The notes under the pieces are model-generated. The model searched no databases. It worked only from the letters and a program-made list of their open reading frames with translations, and was not told where the DNA came from. From sequence record NC_055899.1: a DNA stretch of 40,000 nucleotides. One strand, written 5' to 3'. This stretch comes from an uncultured phage cr124_1. Made by a program: the position numbers and the translations under genes. Below are positions 10,622 to 18,906 of this stretch, in pieces; the first letter of the stretch is position 1; each line of letters begins with the position of its first letter.

Positions 10622-10918
10622 TCATAGTCTCATGAACGATTTAATTTTCATGGAAATTGGCTGTAAGTTCGGATTGCCTAACATCCTAATAATACAACTG
10701 GAATAGATTTTCACCGCGATCTTCACCCGCGTACGATACTCCCGTAGAGCTTCGATTAAGGGGCTGCCCAACCCTTGCGCTTGTTTTACTTTTATATACC
10801 GCATAAACAAGAAAAGCCTGGCGGTCGCAATCAGACACTTCTACCCCATCCCTGGCACCCCTTCAACGGAGTTGTACTGAATCGAACAGTAAGGTTTTGG
10901 TATAGTCAGCAAACTCAT
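10622..10918 (-). CDS. TAG-containing ORF (98 aa)
   Basis: Extends track ORF 10622..10810 upstream through one TAG: MSLLTIPKPYCSIQYNSVEGVPGMG[TAG]KCLIATARLFLFMRYIKVKQ.... Confidence 0.4.
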
Positions 10919-11323
10919 TTAGTTTACTCTGTGTGGTATTACTCCCACAGTATTGATGCAGTTTTTCGGCCTTTATACTAGCTTTGGACACTAGAAACAC
11001 TACCTACGGCTTAATAATACTTCTATATTGTTTGGGATATCCTCGGTTCTTCCAGCACCATGCACCATACCATGTATGCAATTCTGTTCACCTACTGGGG
11101 ACCAATATAGTTCATCTCGTGTAACGTTTGTATATGCTTAGTATTATCACATATAATTACGATACGGTTCATTATGCCCTTCTTGGGACTTATGCGTTTT
11201 TAGATTATACAGCCTCATCCAGCTTGTCTCCAGACGGTTCTCACAAGTCCAGCTGTATAATCTATAGGAGCTGATACAACGCTTCTCCTACCTATATCAA
11301 ACTGTTTCAATGTTTGATACATT

Positions 11324-11515
11324 TCATCCTACCTTTTGAGTGATCTCGCCCTGCAAGACAGAGTTAACATATTCTCGGATCAAGTTTAATTTATTGAGTT
11401 TTTCTTCTAGCTCCTTCGCGAGGGATGTTCCAGAATAGTACGTAGACTAATGGGATCTACCATATATACTTACCCAATTATAGTGTATAGGGTTCTTATG
11501 TTTACTTATGCACAT
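11324..11515 (-). CDS. Small TAG-containing ORF (63 aa)
   Basis: Open if TAG=Gln: MCISKHKNPIHYNWVSIYGRSH[TAG]STYYSGTSLAKELEEKLNKLNLIREYVNSVLQGEITQKVG; start overlaps the end of the upstream gene. Confidence 0.45.
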
Positions 11516-11903
11516 TGGAGGCGATTTGAATATAATCATTGAGCTCTCCCTTACGAATGGTAGAGTTGTGATTAGTGGAGTCGACCTTTTCTCCAGGTTC
11601 CATAATATACAGAAGTGGTACATACGACGTATCTGTCTTCTTAATTACGGTGCGTTTAACAATTACCTTTGCAGGTAACTGTTTATGGTTACAAGGTACA
11701 GGTTTTTCTACCCTAACGGTATCATGCACTGTATCAGGATTAGCACGATTCACTTGACCAAACAAATGGTCCATTGGTTGCTGTACAGTAGATGCTGCTA
11801 CTGTCTGCACTGTCGTTGGAAGAGGAACATTTTTAAAATCGGCAATATTCATGCCAATAGTAAGGAATGCTGCTCCTAACAACGTGATTACTAATTTTTT
11901 CAT
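11502..11903 (-). CDS. Hypothetical protein with N-terminal membrane/signal segment
   Basis: 133 aa, starts MKKLVITLLGAAFLTIGMNIA. Confidence 0.6.
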   Translation of the reverse strand: MKKLVITLLGAAFLTIGMNIADFKNVPLPTTVQTVAASTVQQPMDHLFGQVNRANPDTVHDTVRVEKPVPCNHKQLPAKVIVKRTVIKKTDTSYVPLLYIMEPGEKVDSTNHNSTIRKGELNDYIQIASNVHK

Positions 11904-11971
11904 ACTTTGATAGTTAAATTATTTTCGTTCACTTTGCCATTGGATGTCAAAGGCTCTTTTAACACGATCAA

Positions 11972-13456
11972 CTAGTGTGAACCAGTTCTCTTAATTGGCC
12001 GTATTATCTTATCAGCTGCTTCCTTAGCAGCCTTGGCAACAGCCTCTTCCTCAGCCTTGATCTCCTCATCGGTTTTGAACTCCAAGTCGATGATATTCTC
12101 CTTGGCATAACCTACGAGCGGATCAGAAGGATTACGGAACAGGTTAGAGATGATACCAGCATGCTGCGTAGCGATATCAAGCATTGAGTCAGACTTAACC
12201 TTAGCCATCATCTCTGGAGTAACGTCTCGATAATATGCACGCTTAATGGCGATAACAGTCTTCTTTGCAAAGTTGTTACCCTCCAAGAAGTTCTTCTTCA
12301 AGTTTTCAACGAACTCGCCTGGAGCCGCAAGAACCGCTGCAGTAGCCTTATCGGCGAATGCGATGTTCTTGTTAGCGACATCAATGTGCTCCTTGACACG
12401 ATCCTTTTCTGGCAGCTTGTTCTCTGCCTCGAGCAAGATTTTACCCTTTGAGCGAACATCATCTGCACCAATGATTACGAGGCACTTTACAGCGTCTGCA
12501 ATCTGATCATCGGTATACTTGCATACGCCGGTGTTCTTGTCAGTAGAATGGTCTCGAAGCTCACAGAACGCAGATACAGGAGATCCTGACGTAGCGGTAA
12601 CATTGAAGAAGTGAGCACCAATTCCATAAGTAAGCGTTCCGACACGACCTGTAAGCTCAACAATCTTGCGAAACGTATCATGGAAGTTCATGTTCTTGAG
12701 GCGCTCAAGGTCATTCTTTGCAGAAGCGAGAGCCTTTTCAGCGTACTCCTTGTACTTCTTGTCTTTTGTGTTCTTGAGCGTCTTCTCGGCAGAATCGATA
12801 GCATGCTTAGCTTCAATAGAGCGATATGACTTATAGAAGTTCACACACTGCATGATGCTATCCATCAGCTTAGAATCACGGTTCATAGCTAAGAATCCAG
12901 ACAAAGCTTCCTTGAGCTCTTCTTCGTCCTTGATCTTTGTAGGATCAAAAACCTTACCTGCTGTTGCAGCACGAGCCTTAGCATCCTTGTCAAGACTCTT
13001 TGCTGTCTCTTCTGATACTGTTACAGCTGAAGCTGTAACTTCAATTGCTTCAGCATCGTCTTTTGAAGGCAAGAGCTTTGTGTCATCAAAGCTTACACCA
13101 ATCTCCTTCAAAGCTTCAGTAAGCTCTGGGAGCGCAGACTTACGGATTACAACAGCGAAATCGCTGGTACCATACTTGACCTCATTACATACACACACTG
13201 CGATGCCGAGGGCATTAATATGATTGAGTTTGTCGATAGTTCCCTGTGGGAAACCAGTGTGCTCAGCAGCTTTCTCATCCAAGAAGAAACGATCGTGAGC
13301 CATTTTTAACAAATCTACCTGGTGATTACGATCCATGCTTGACCCACCTGTTGTTGTGAGCATAGCTGCAGCCTCAACAGCTGCATCTGCATTGTTACCA
13401 CCATTGTTGTTATTCTGAGCAACTTTTACATTGCCCTTTCCATTCTTTTTTGCCAT
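11972..13456 (-). CDS. Hypothetical protein (494 aa)
   Basis: Long intact ORF, charged, with long helical stretches. Confidence 0.7.
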   Translation of the reverse strand: MAKKNGKGNVKVAQNNNNGGNNADAAVEAAAMLTTTGGSSMDRNHQVDLLKMAHDRFFLDEKAAEHTGFPQGTIDKLNHINALGIAVCVCNEVKYGTSDFAVVIRKSALPELTEALKEIGVSFDDTKLLPSKDDAEAIEVTASAVTVSEETAKSLDKDAKARAATAGKVFDPTKIKDEEELKEALSGFLAMNRDSKLMDSIMQCVNFYKSYRSIEAKHAIDSAEKTLKNTKDKKYKEYAEKALASAKNDLERLKNMNFHDTFRKIVELTGRVGTLTYGIGAHFFNVTATSGSPVSAFCELRDHSTDKNTGVCKYTDDQIADAVKCLVIIGADDVRSKGKILLEAENKLPEKDRVKEHIDVANKNIAFADKATAAVLAAPGEFVENLKKNFLEGNNFAKKTVIAIKRAYYRDVTPEMMAKVKSDSMLDIATQHAGIISNLFRNPSDPLVGYAKENIIDLEFKTDEEIKAEEEAVAKAAKEAADKIIRPIKRTGSH

Positions 13457-13522
13457 TTTGATAATGTTTTTAAATGTTATTTACTAAAATTAATTAATAC
13501 TTTCTGGGCAACTAACTTAAAT

Positions 13523-13918
13523 TCAACTTGTGTCGAATATAAAGTTCGTTTTTAACCAATCTCGTGGAGGTTTAGTGAGCACGTTAATATGCTCGTCTTC
13601 ACCCAAGTTAAGCACAGTAACAGTATCTACTACAATTGTATCCTTACCTGCTGGTTTTGTCTCAGCACATGTACCAGCGCCCTCTGAGGGTTCCAAAGCC
13701 TGAAATGAGCACGTCGGTGCCAGCATGGGATTTGCAGAAGATTTAACTGTACTGGCTTCACTTTTATGGTCAACAAAGGCATAGTTGACCATACTCTTAC
13801 CGGTAAAACCGAGCAAGAGACTTACGAGAATGATCCAGAACAACTTGTTGCTCTTATTGTATCTTGCGAAACCAAGAGCTACAAAAATCGAGAGAATCAA
13901 TAATAAAAGTGAAGTCAT
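13523..13918 (-). CDS. Hypothetical membrane protein
   Basis: 131 aa; two N-terminal hydrophobic segments. Confidence 0.55.
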   Translation of the reverse strand: MTSLLLLILSIFVALGFARYNKSNKLFWIILVSLLLGFTGKSMVNYAFVDHKSEASTVKSSANPMLAPTCSFQALEPSEGAGTCAETKPAGKDTIVVDTVTVLNLGEDEHINVLTKPPRDWLKTNFIFDTS

Positions 13919-13923
13919 TTTTG

Positions 13924-14481
13924 TTAAACTTTTAAGTTATTTTTAATTTTCCTACGAGTGCGGCTTAGTGCAGCTTTTATAGTGCCTGTAGGAATTTTCA
14001 GCACTTTGCTAATTTCATCAACGGTAAGATCTTCTACGTAAAATAGATTAAAAATCTTCTGTGTCTTCTTTGGGAGTTTTTCAAATTCCTTTAGAAGAGA
14101 TTCATACTCAAGAAGATTGACAAGATCTTCTTCTTCTGAAGAATTAGTTAATTCGACAGGTAGTCGGCCTGAGTCTTCTCCTAACTCCATGGATTTCTCC
14201 TTTACTTTTCGTAGATAATCTATAGCTGTTCGATTAGCTATAATTCTCAGCCATCCGCCAAAAGACGAATAATCTGTGAATGTCGAGAGTTTTTGGTGAA
14301 CCTTAAGAAATACAACATTTGTAAGATCTTTAGCTTCATCCATGTCATTCACGTAACAAAAGAGCACGTTGTCAACGAACTCTTTGTAACGGTTAAACAA
14401 TTTATTAAATGCTAGCTCATTTCCCTTTTGAGCTTCTTTTATGGTCTCAATCTCAGATTGAGTGATACGCTGATACTCCAT
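13924..14481 (-). CDS. RNA polymerase sigma factor, ECF/sigma-70-like
   Basis: Region 2-like 'AFNKLFNRYKEFVDNVLFCYVNDMDEAKDLTNVVFLKVHQKL...FGGWLRIIANRTAIDYLRK' and region 4-like 'LPKKTQKIFNLFYVEDLTVDEISKVLKIPTGTIKAALSRTRRKIK'. Confidence 0.88.
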   Translation of the reverse strand: MEYQRITQSEIETIKEAQKGNELAFNKLFNRYKEFVDNVLFCYVNDMDEAKDLTNVVFLKVHQKLSTFTDYSSFGGWLRIIANRTAIDYLRKVKEKSMELGEDSGRLPVELTNSSEEEDLVNLLEYESLLKEFEKLPKKTQKIFNLFYVEDLTVDEISKVLKIPTGTIKAALSRTRRKIKNNLKV

Positions 14482-14510
14482 ATTGTGGGGTAGGGGAGAT
14501 CTCTCTCACC

Positions 14511-14927
14511 CTACTCCTGATAAAACGGAAGATCGTACACCATCTTCTGACGGTATAGCGACCAAACGTTGTTGACGAAATTGTTGAAAAGGATTATTTT
14601 CAAATCCTTTCCTCCCGTTTTCATTTCTACTTTTTCAAGTAGTCCTGAACCGATACGCATACGAGTTGTAAGTGTTTTGAACTTTATAGGGTTGCTTAGG
14701 ATTATCGTTTTCATAATCCAATCACTAACTCTACGTAACTGCTCATTACAACAGTATTCGTATATACAATCTTCGTCTAGGCTGTCTCCTGCACAGAATA
14801 TGTGCGGTTCATAAGTAAAGCCCTTTTTAAGGCGGTTATGAAACCAGTTAATCACATTTTCTATACCTTCTTCTTTGCAGCCTAACAGACTAGCTCTGTA
14901 AATTAGCATTTTAGGGAAATACTCCAT
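14511..14927 (-). CDS. Hypothetical protein
   Basis: 138 aa intact ORF immediately downstream of 14940..15557. Confidence 0.5.
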   Translation of the reverse strand: MEYFPKMLIYRASLLGCKEEGIENVINWFHNRLKKGFTYEPHIFCAGDSLDEDCIYEYCCNEQLRRVSDWIMKTIILSNPIKFKTLTTRMRIGSGLLEKVEMKTGGKDLKIILFNNFVNNVWSLYRQKMVYDLPFYQE

Positions 14928-14939
14928 TTTTTATTTTGT

Positions 14940-15557
14940 TTAATTAAATGTTTTCTTAATAAACTTAGAGAAATCTTCAAAATATTCATCTAGAAAACTA
15001 GCTTTTTCTGACAATGCTTTATCAAATAAAGCCATATTGCCACACTTACATGATATGTTATAATAGTTTTCTAGGTACTTATAGTTCTCTTGAAACCATA
15101 CTACCCAGCTATTAACCCATATCCAAAATGCTCGTTCTCCAGAGTTGAATACTTTGTTGATGCCATCCAAATTTATAGAGTCTGCAAAATTAAAATTTTG
15201 CGACCCCTCGTGGATTCCAAGAGCTTTTCTTAATGATGCATTCTTTTCATCTGTTCGAGGTATTCCTCTTCCAGTGTTATAGATTGCTACATTTTCTTGG
15301 TATACACGGTCTATCCATCGCGTTTTTACAGCATACTTAATTCTTTCATGTGGCTTCTTACCTATATTAGATAATCTGCCAAATTCTGTACACCATTTAA
15401 ATGCGAGGTTGACGACATGAGGACACCTGTCCTTTATCATCGCTTTATATCCCTTTGTCATAACTAATAGGAAGAAGCTAGGGGGTCGAACCCTAATCCT
15501 CGGGTGTGTAGCCCAAAGAACCAAACTTCTTCTTCTCTCCACTTTGGTAGGAAACAC
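14940..15557 (-). CDS. Hypothetical protein (true start probably internal, MTKGYKAMIK...)
   Basis: Intact ORF. The track start lies inside the tmRNA-like locus, so the internal ATG (residue 33) is more likely. Confidence 0.5.
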   Translation of the reverse strand: MFPTKVERRRSLVLWATHPRIRVRPPSFFLLVMTKGYKAMIKDRCPHVVNLAFKWCTEFGRLSNIGKKPHERIKYAVKTRWIDRVYQENVAIYNTGRGIPRTDEKNASLRKALGIHEGSQNFNFADSINLDGINKVFNSGERAFWIWVNSWVVWFQENYKYLENYYNISCKCGNMALFDKALSEKASFLDEYFEDFSKFIKKTFN

Positions 15558-15674
15558 CTAGACTAAACTTACGCTACGTTAGTATAGTCTACAATGTTAT
15601 TTACATTGCCGTTTAATTTATAGTATAGTGCTTAATGTATTTATCTCCTCTGTCTGTCAAAACCAAACACGCCC
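15550..15674 (-). ncRNA. ssrA: Candidate permuted tmRNA, coding (5') piece
   Basis: Minus strand 5'-GGGCGTG-TT-TGGTTTTGAC-AGACAG...: acceptor strand pairs with CACGTCC at 15746-15752. CAGACAG pairs perfectly with CTGTCTG of the other piece. Tag-like frame GGC AAT GTA AAT AAC ATT GTA GAC TAT ACT AAC GTA GCG TAA (15569-15610). Confidence 0.7.
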
Positions 15675-15744
15675 GTGTAGGCAGTTTTACAACATGCCTA
15701 GGTTGTCCAAATGGAATCTACACAATAGCGTAGAGGATGCCCCG

Positions 15745-15930
15745 TGGACGTGAGGGGAGTCGAACCCCTGTCCAGACAGATTATTTCATACACACTGTAC
15801 ATTTCTTGTAAATGTTCCGATGATCAGTCAGAACATTTGATTTAAGCCGTTTTAGGTGCGCTCTAAGACATTTTTGCGGCACTCGTGGTTAATTACTCCA
15901 CTTGGTGACATACTCTGCCTCAGAGCGCTT
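15745..15930 (-). ncRNA. ssrA: Candidate permuted tmRNA, acceptor (3') piece
   Basis: Minus strand ...CTGTCTGGAC-AGGGG-TTCGACT-CCCCT-CACGTCC-A: T-arm with tmRNA-like GGAC...GGGTTCGACTCCC context, plus helix GCGCTCTGAG/CTTAGAGCGC (15919-15928 with 15858-15867). Confidence 0.7.
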
Positions 15931-15963
15931 AAAACATGGCTAAAAATATATAGTAATCCTCAT

Positions 15964-15976
15964 GATACAAAGATAC
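15964..15976 (-). promoter_or_regulatory. Bacteroidota-type -7 promoter-like element (GTATCTTTGTATC)
   Basis: Minus TATCTTTG matches TAnnTTTG; directly upstream of the tmRNA-like locus. Confidence 0.55.
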
Positions 15977-16051
15977 TTAGAGGGCTATATTCAGCATTTT
16001 TGATACATTTTGCAGGGTTCAATTAACTTTTCAGAGCAATCAAATCTCCCC

Positions 16052-16064
16052 GATACAAAGATAC
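16052..16064 (-). promoter_or_regulatory. Promoter-like repeat (GTATCTTTGTATC)
   Basis: Same motif, 88 nt from the previous copy. Confidence 0.5.
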
Positions 16065-16134
16065 GCACAAAACATATTGTTTGATCTACTGTCCCAATTT
16101 ACTGTGTGGGGTCACATCTCTTCCTCTCATCGTG

Positions 16135-16147
16135 ATACGAAGATACT
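16135..16147 (-). promoter_or_regulatory. Promoter-like repeat (GTATCTTCGTATC)
   Basis: Same motif with one substitution. Confidence 0.4.
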
Positions 16148-16231
16148 TGATGAGAATGTTAATTCATTCTGGGATTCCTTCGCTGCCTCGTCTTCTTAAG
16201 ATCCTCCAGTGCTTCAGAATCTATGTACGTG

Positions 16232-16244
16232 ATACGAAGATACT
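16232..16244 (-). promoter_or_regulatory. Promoter-like repeat (GTATCTTCGTATC)
   Basis: Same motif with one substitution. Confidence 0.4.
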
Positions 16245-16260
16245 TGTACTAGAAGAAGAA

Positions 16261-16755
16261 TTAAAAACGATCGAACCGATAGTTGACATAATACCAATTG
16301 TTAGGGTACTTGTCGCGCAACTCACGGTCGCGCTTTTCGTACTCTTTGTTCAGTTCAGTCATTTGCTTACGCTGATCCTCATCGATCTTCTGCGAAAGTT
16401 CGCGGAATTCGTTTGGCGTAATCTTCTGGTCGTCAGGAACGGCGGTACCATTTTCGTCCTTGCCCAGAAGACGGGCCAACAATTCTGTACGCTTCTTCAG
16501 AGTGTCGAGAGTGATCTTTGCCTTCACACGGTCCTTGCGGACATTGAGAAGTTCCTTAATTCTAAGGAAGTCAGCACACTTGACAATTTCTTTGACCTGG
16601 GAGATCTTGCGCTTCTCCTCGTCCTGGCGGATTTCTTCTGCCGCCTTGTCTGCGATGTCGGTCACAAGGTTGCCCTTCATCAACTTCTCTACTACGTTGT
16701 CTGCTGACACATTCTGCTGCTCTTTAGCAGCACCTTTTGTTTCTGCTTTTGCCAT
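16261..16755 (-). CDS. Hypothetical coiled-coil-like protein
   Basis: 164 aa, K/E/R-rich. Confidence 0.55.
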   Translation of the reverse strand: MAKAETKGAAKEQQNVSADNVVEKLMKGNLVTDIADKAAEEIRQDEEKRKISQVKEIVKCADFLRIKELLNVRKDRVKAKITLDTLKKRTELLARLLGKDENGTAVPDDQKITPNEFRELSQKIDEDQRKQMTELNKEYEKRDRELRDKYPNNWYYVNYRFDRF

Positions 16756-16791
16756 TTTGATAATGTTTTAAATGTTTGTAAATAAAATTAA

Positions 16792-17025
16792 TTAACATAT
16801 TGTTACTTCTCCCACACTCCAGGATGGATTTTTAACGAATATTACGCCATTATTATTAATGGTGATATCGCATGGAGCTTTGTGAGAGCAGTTAGCCAAA
16901 TGAATAAGTGCGAATCTAGCTTCTATAGCTTGATTCTCACTAGGGTACTTGGATTCGAATACCAATGTTTTTGTATTCTTACCCTTTCCCTTAGCTTTTG
17001 TCGTATATACTGGAATCTTCCACAT
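16792..17025 (-). CDS. Hypothetical protein
   Basis: 77 aa intact ORF. Confidence 0.45.
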   Translation of the reverse strand: MWKIPVYTTKAKGKGKNTKTLVFESKYPSENQAIEARFALIHLANCSHKAPCDITINNNGVIFVKNPSWSVGEVTIC

Positions 17026-17139
17026 AATCTAAAGGATTTAGCTTGTTTTTAAACTTGTCACGCTTATATGCCTTTGCTTTGGCTCCTGCGTGACGCTGAC
17101 GATACACTTTCTTAGTATTACGTTGTGTTTTATACATAG

Positions 17140-17559
17140 TTACATGTTATCTTGAACCGTTTTAAATACACAAATAATATCGGTAGAAATACCGTAAGAA
17201 TCACGCATTCTCTTACTTATACCACCAGACATAACTCTGATGGCATTCACAAGAGGTTCATTGTTAGGCTCATTAGTTATAGCCTCTGACAATGCAAGCA
17301 ACAGCTTCATCTTGGAGTAGAAAAACCTACCAAATCTTTTTTTCACGTAGATGCACGCAGACTCCACAACAGAAAGTTCTGTAGCATTCTTGGCTTCTGC
17401 GTGACCGATAATAATGGAATTAACTTCCGTTTCATCCATTGTAACTGCATGCACATCCTTAACATCAGGTTTAACTGTGTTCAGTTGTGAAGCTATTGCC
17501 ATAACTTCAGATGGATCTAAACTAGAGCCATCGTAAGAGATAATAATGTACCGCTTCAT
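17140..17559 (-). CDS. Hypothetical protein
   Basis: 139 aa intact ORF. Confidence 0.55.
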   Translation of the reverse strand: MKRYIIISYDGSSLDPSEVMAIASQLNTVKPDVKDVHAVTMDETEVNSIIIGHAEAKNATELSVVESACIYVKKRFGRFFYSKMKLLLALSEAITNEPNNEPLVNAIRVMSGGISKRMRDSYGISTDIICVFKTVQDNM

Positions 17560-17561
17560 AG

Positions 17562-18053
17562 CTAATCCTCCTTTGTTGTTATGTTAGTACTGGAGGACTG
17601 CACGATCTGCACATGCTTACCGTCGATAATAGTATCAACCATTTCTACGTTAGGGATATCAGGAGGAGCAATCGCATTGTATTGATCCTGTTCATTAGGA
17701 AGATTCAAATATACATGCTTGTTCATCTCGAACTCGTTCGATATACTCATCTTAGTCAATGGTTTCCCAGATTTTTCTAAGACCGATACCACATCACGCA
17801 TAACCTTTTCAGGTATGCTGAAGAACACTGAGTCCTGATGTCTCCATTGACCTTCCGATCTCTGAAACTCTATAACGTCAGAACAGTCGGTAAATGTAGG
17901 ATTGTCAATATCCTGCATCATCTTTGATACCATGAGCGAGTCATCGTGTTTGATCTCACTCTTAGTTTTTTTCATGTAGTCACATGACGATACTGTGACG
18001 GCTACAATAAGCATGATTAAGCACATGCTAAGCTTTTCGAATAATCTCTTCAT
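17562..18053 (-). CDS. Putative lipoprotein
   Basis: Signal peptide with lipobox-like end: MKRLFEKLSMCLIMLIVAVTVSSCDYM. Confidence 0.6.
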   Translation of the reverse strand: MKRLFEKLSMCLIMLIVAVTVSSCDYMKKTKSEIKHDDSLMVSKMMQDIDNPTFTDCSDVIEFQRSEGQWRHQDSVFFSIPEKVMRDVVSVLEKSGKPLTKMSISNEFEMNKHVYLNLPNEQDQYNAIAPPDIPNVEMVDTIIDGKHVQIVQSSSTNITTKED

Positions 18054-18124
18054 TTTGATAATTTATTAGAGATTCAACAAATGTTAACTATCCGGGTTTT
18101 AAAGATTCACGGAATCATCTTTTG

Positions 18125-18198
18125 TGGACCAGCTAGGGCTTGAACCTAGGACCTCCAGATTATGAGTCTGTTGCTCTAACCAACTGAGCTACAAGTCC
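18125..18198 (-). tRNA. tRNA with CAT anticodon (Met, or Ile2 if modified)
   Basis: GGACTTG/CTGGTCC acceptor (one mismatch), AGCTCAGTTGGTTAGAGCA D-arm, loop CTCATAA, T-arm CTAGG-TTCAAGC-CCTAG. Confidence 0.9.
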
Positions 18199-18431
18199 AA
18201 ATATGGGCAATTTTCACTGGTTATATTTAAACCATTCCATTGTCTCCTACTATCTAACGTTCTTTTTCTTTCTAACTCAAATGATTAATTTTAAAGTAAT
18301 TACGCTATTTAATAGAGTTGTAGGGAGTTGTTTGGTACCCATTTGTGATTTTATACAGACTTGAACTGTTATGTAGGCTTCTAACCTAATAAATCTCGGG
18401 GACGGTATAACCCGTCCCCTTGAAATGCAAC

Positions 18432-18635
18432 TTAATTAAATTTTTCCGTCCAATATGATATAAAATATATAATACTGGAGATCAAAACTATTATCAACAT
18501 AACAATTACTACTATCAACGAAAAATCGCTTATGTTAGTTATGTTTGTTATGTTTGACAATAAGTCAAAAAGAGGGAATGCCGAAATAATTATTAATGCT
18601 ATTGATACAAATAGCTCTCCATATTCTTTTCTCAT
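18432..18635 (-). CDS. Small membrane protein
   Basis: 67 aa with two hydrophobic segments. Confidence 0.5.
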   Translation of the reverse strand: MRKEYGELFVSIALIIISAFPLFDLLSNITNITNISDFSLIVVIVMLIIVLISSIIYFISYWTEKFN

Positions 18636-18904
18636 AGGTATAATGCTATTTGTGATATCTCTTCATAGTCATCTTCACTGACAAACCATGAATCGTTATC
18701 TGTTGTTAAATAACTCTTTCTTGATCCCAAATCTACATCACTTAATGATAATACACACATATCATCAGGATTTGCAGATTTATAATCTTTTAACTCTACG
18801 TTTTCATCACTACAATGCGCTTTAAGTCTACGCAATGATGAGTGATGGCGTCTAACTTCTAATTCTTTGTCAGACATTTGTCCGTTTTTTCTACGTTTTG
18901 CCAT
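18632..18904 (-). CDS. Hypothetical protein
   Basis: 90 aa, 4-nt overlap with neighbour. Confidence 0.5.
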   Translation of the reverse strand: MAKRRKNGQMSDKELEVRRHHSSLRRLKAHCSDENVELKDYKSANPDDMCVLSLSDVDLGSRKSYLTTDNDSWFVSEDDYEEISQIALYL

Positions 18905-18906
18905 AA

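Noticed and set aside
10868-10945. tRNA T-arm-like hairpin TACTG-TTCGATT-CAGTA on the minus strand
   Set aside because: Acceptor pairs only 5 of 7, there is no plausible anticodon arm, and the segment lies inside the recoded ORF 10622-10918.
16000-16137. TAG-containing small ORF MRGRDVTPHSKLGQ[TAG]IKTICFVRIFVSGRFDCSEKLIEPCKMYQKC
   Set aside because: It runs through a promoter-like repeat and is short enough to occur by chance with only two stop codons, so it is not reported as a gene.
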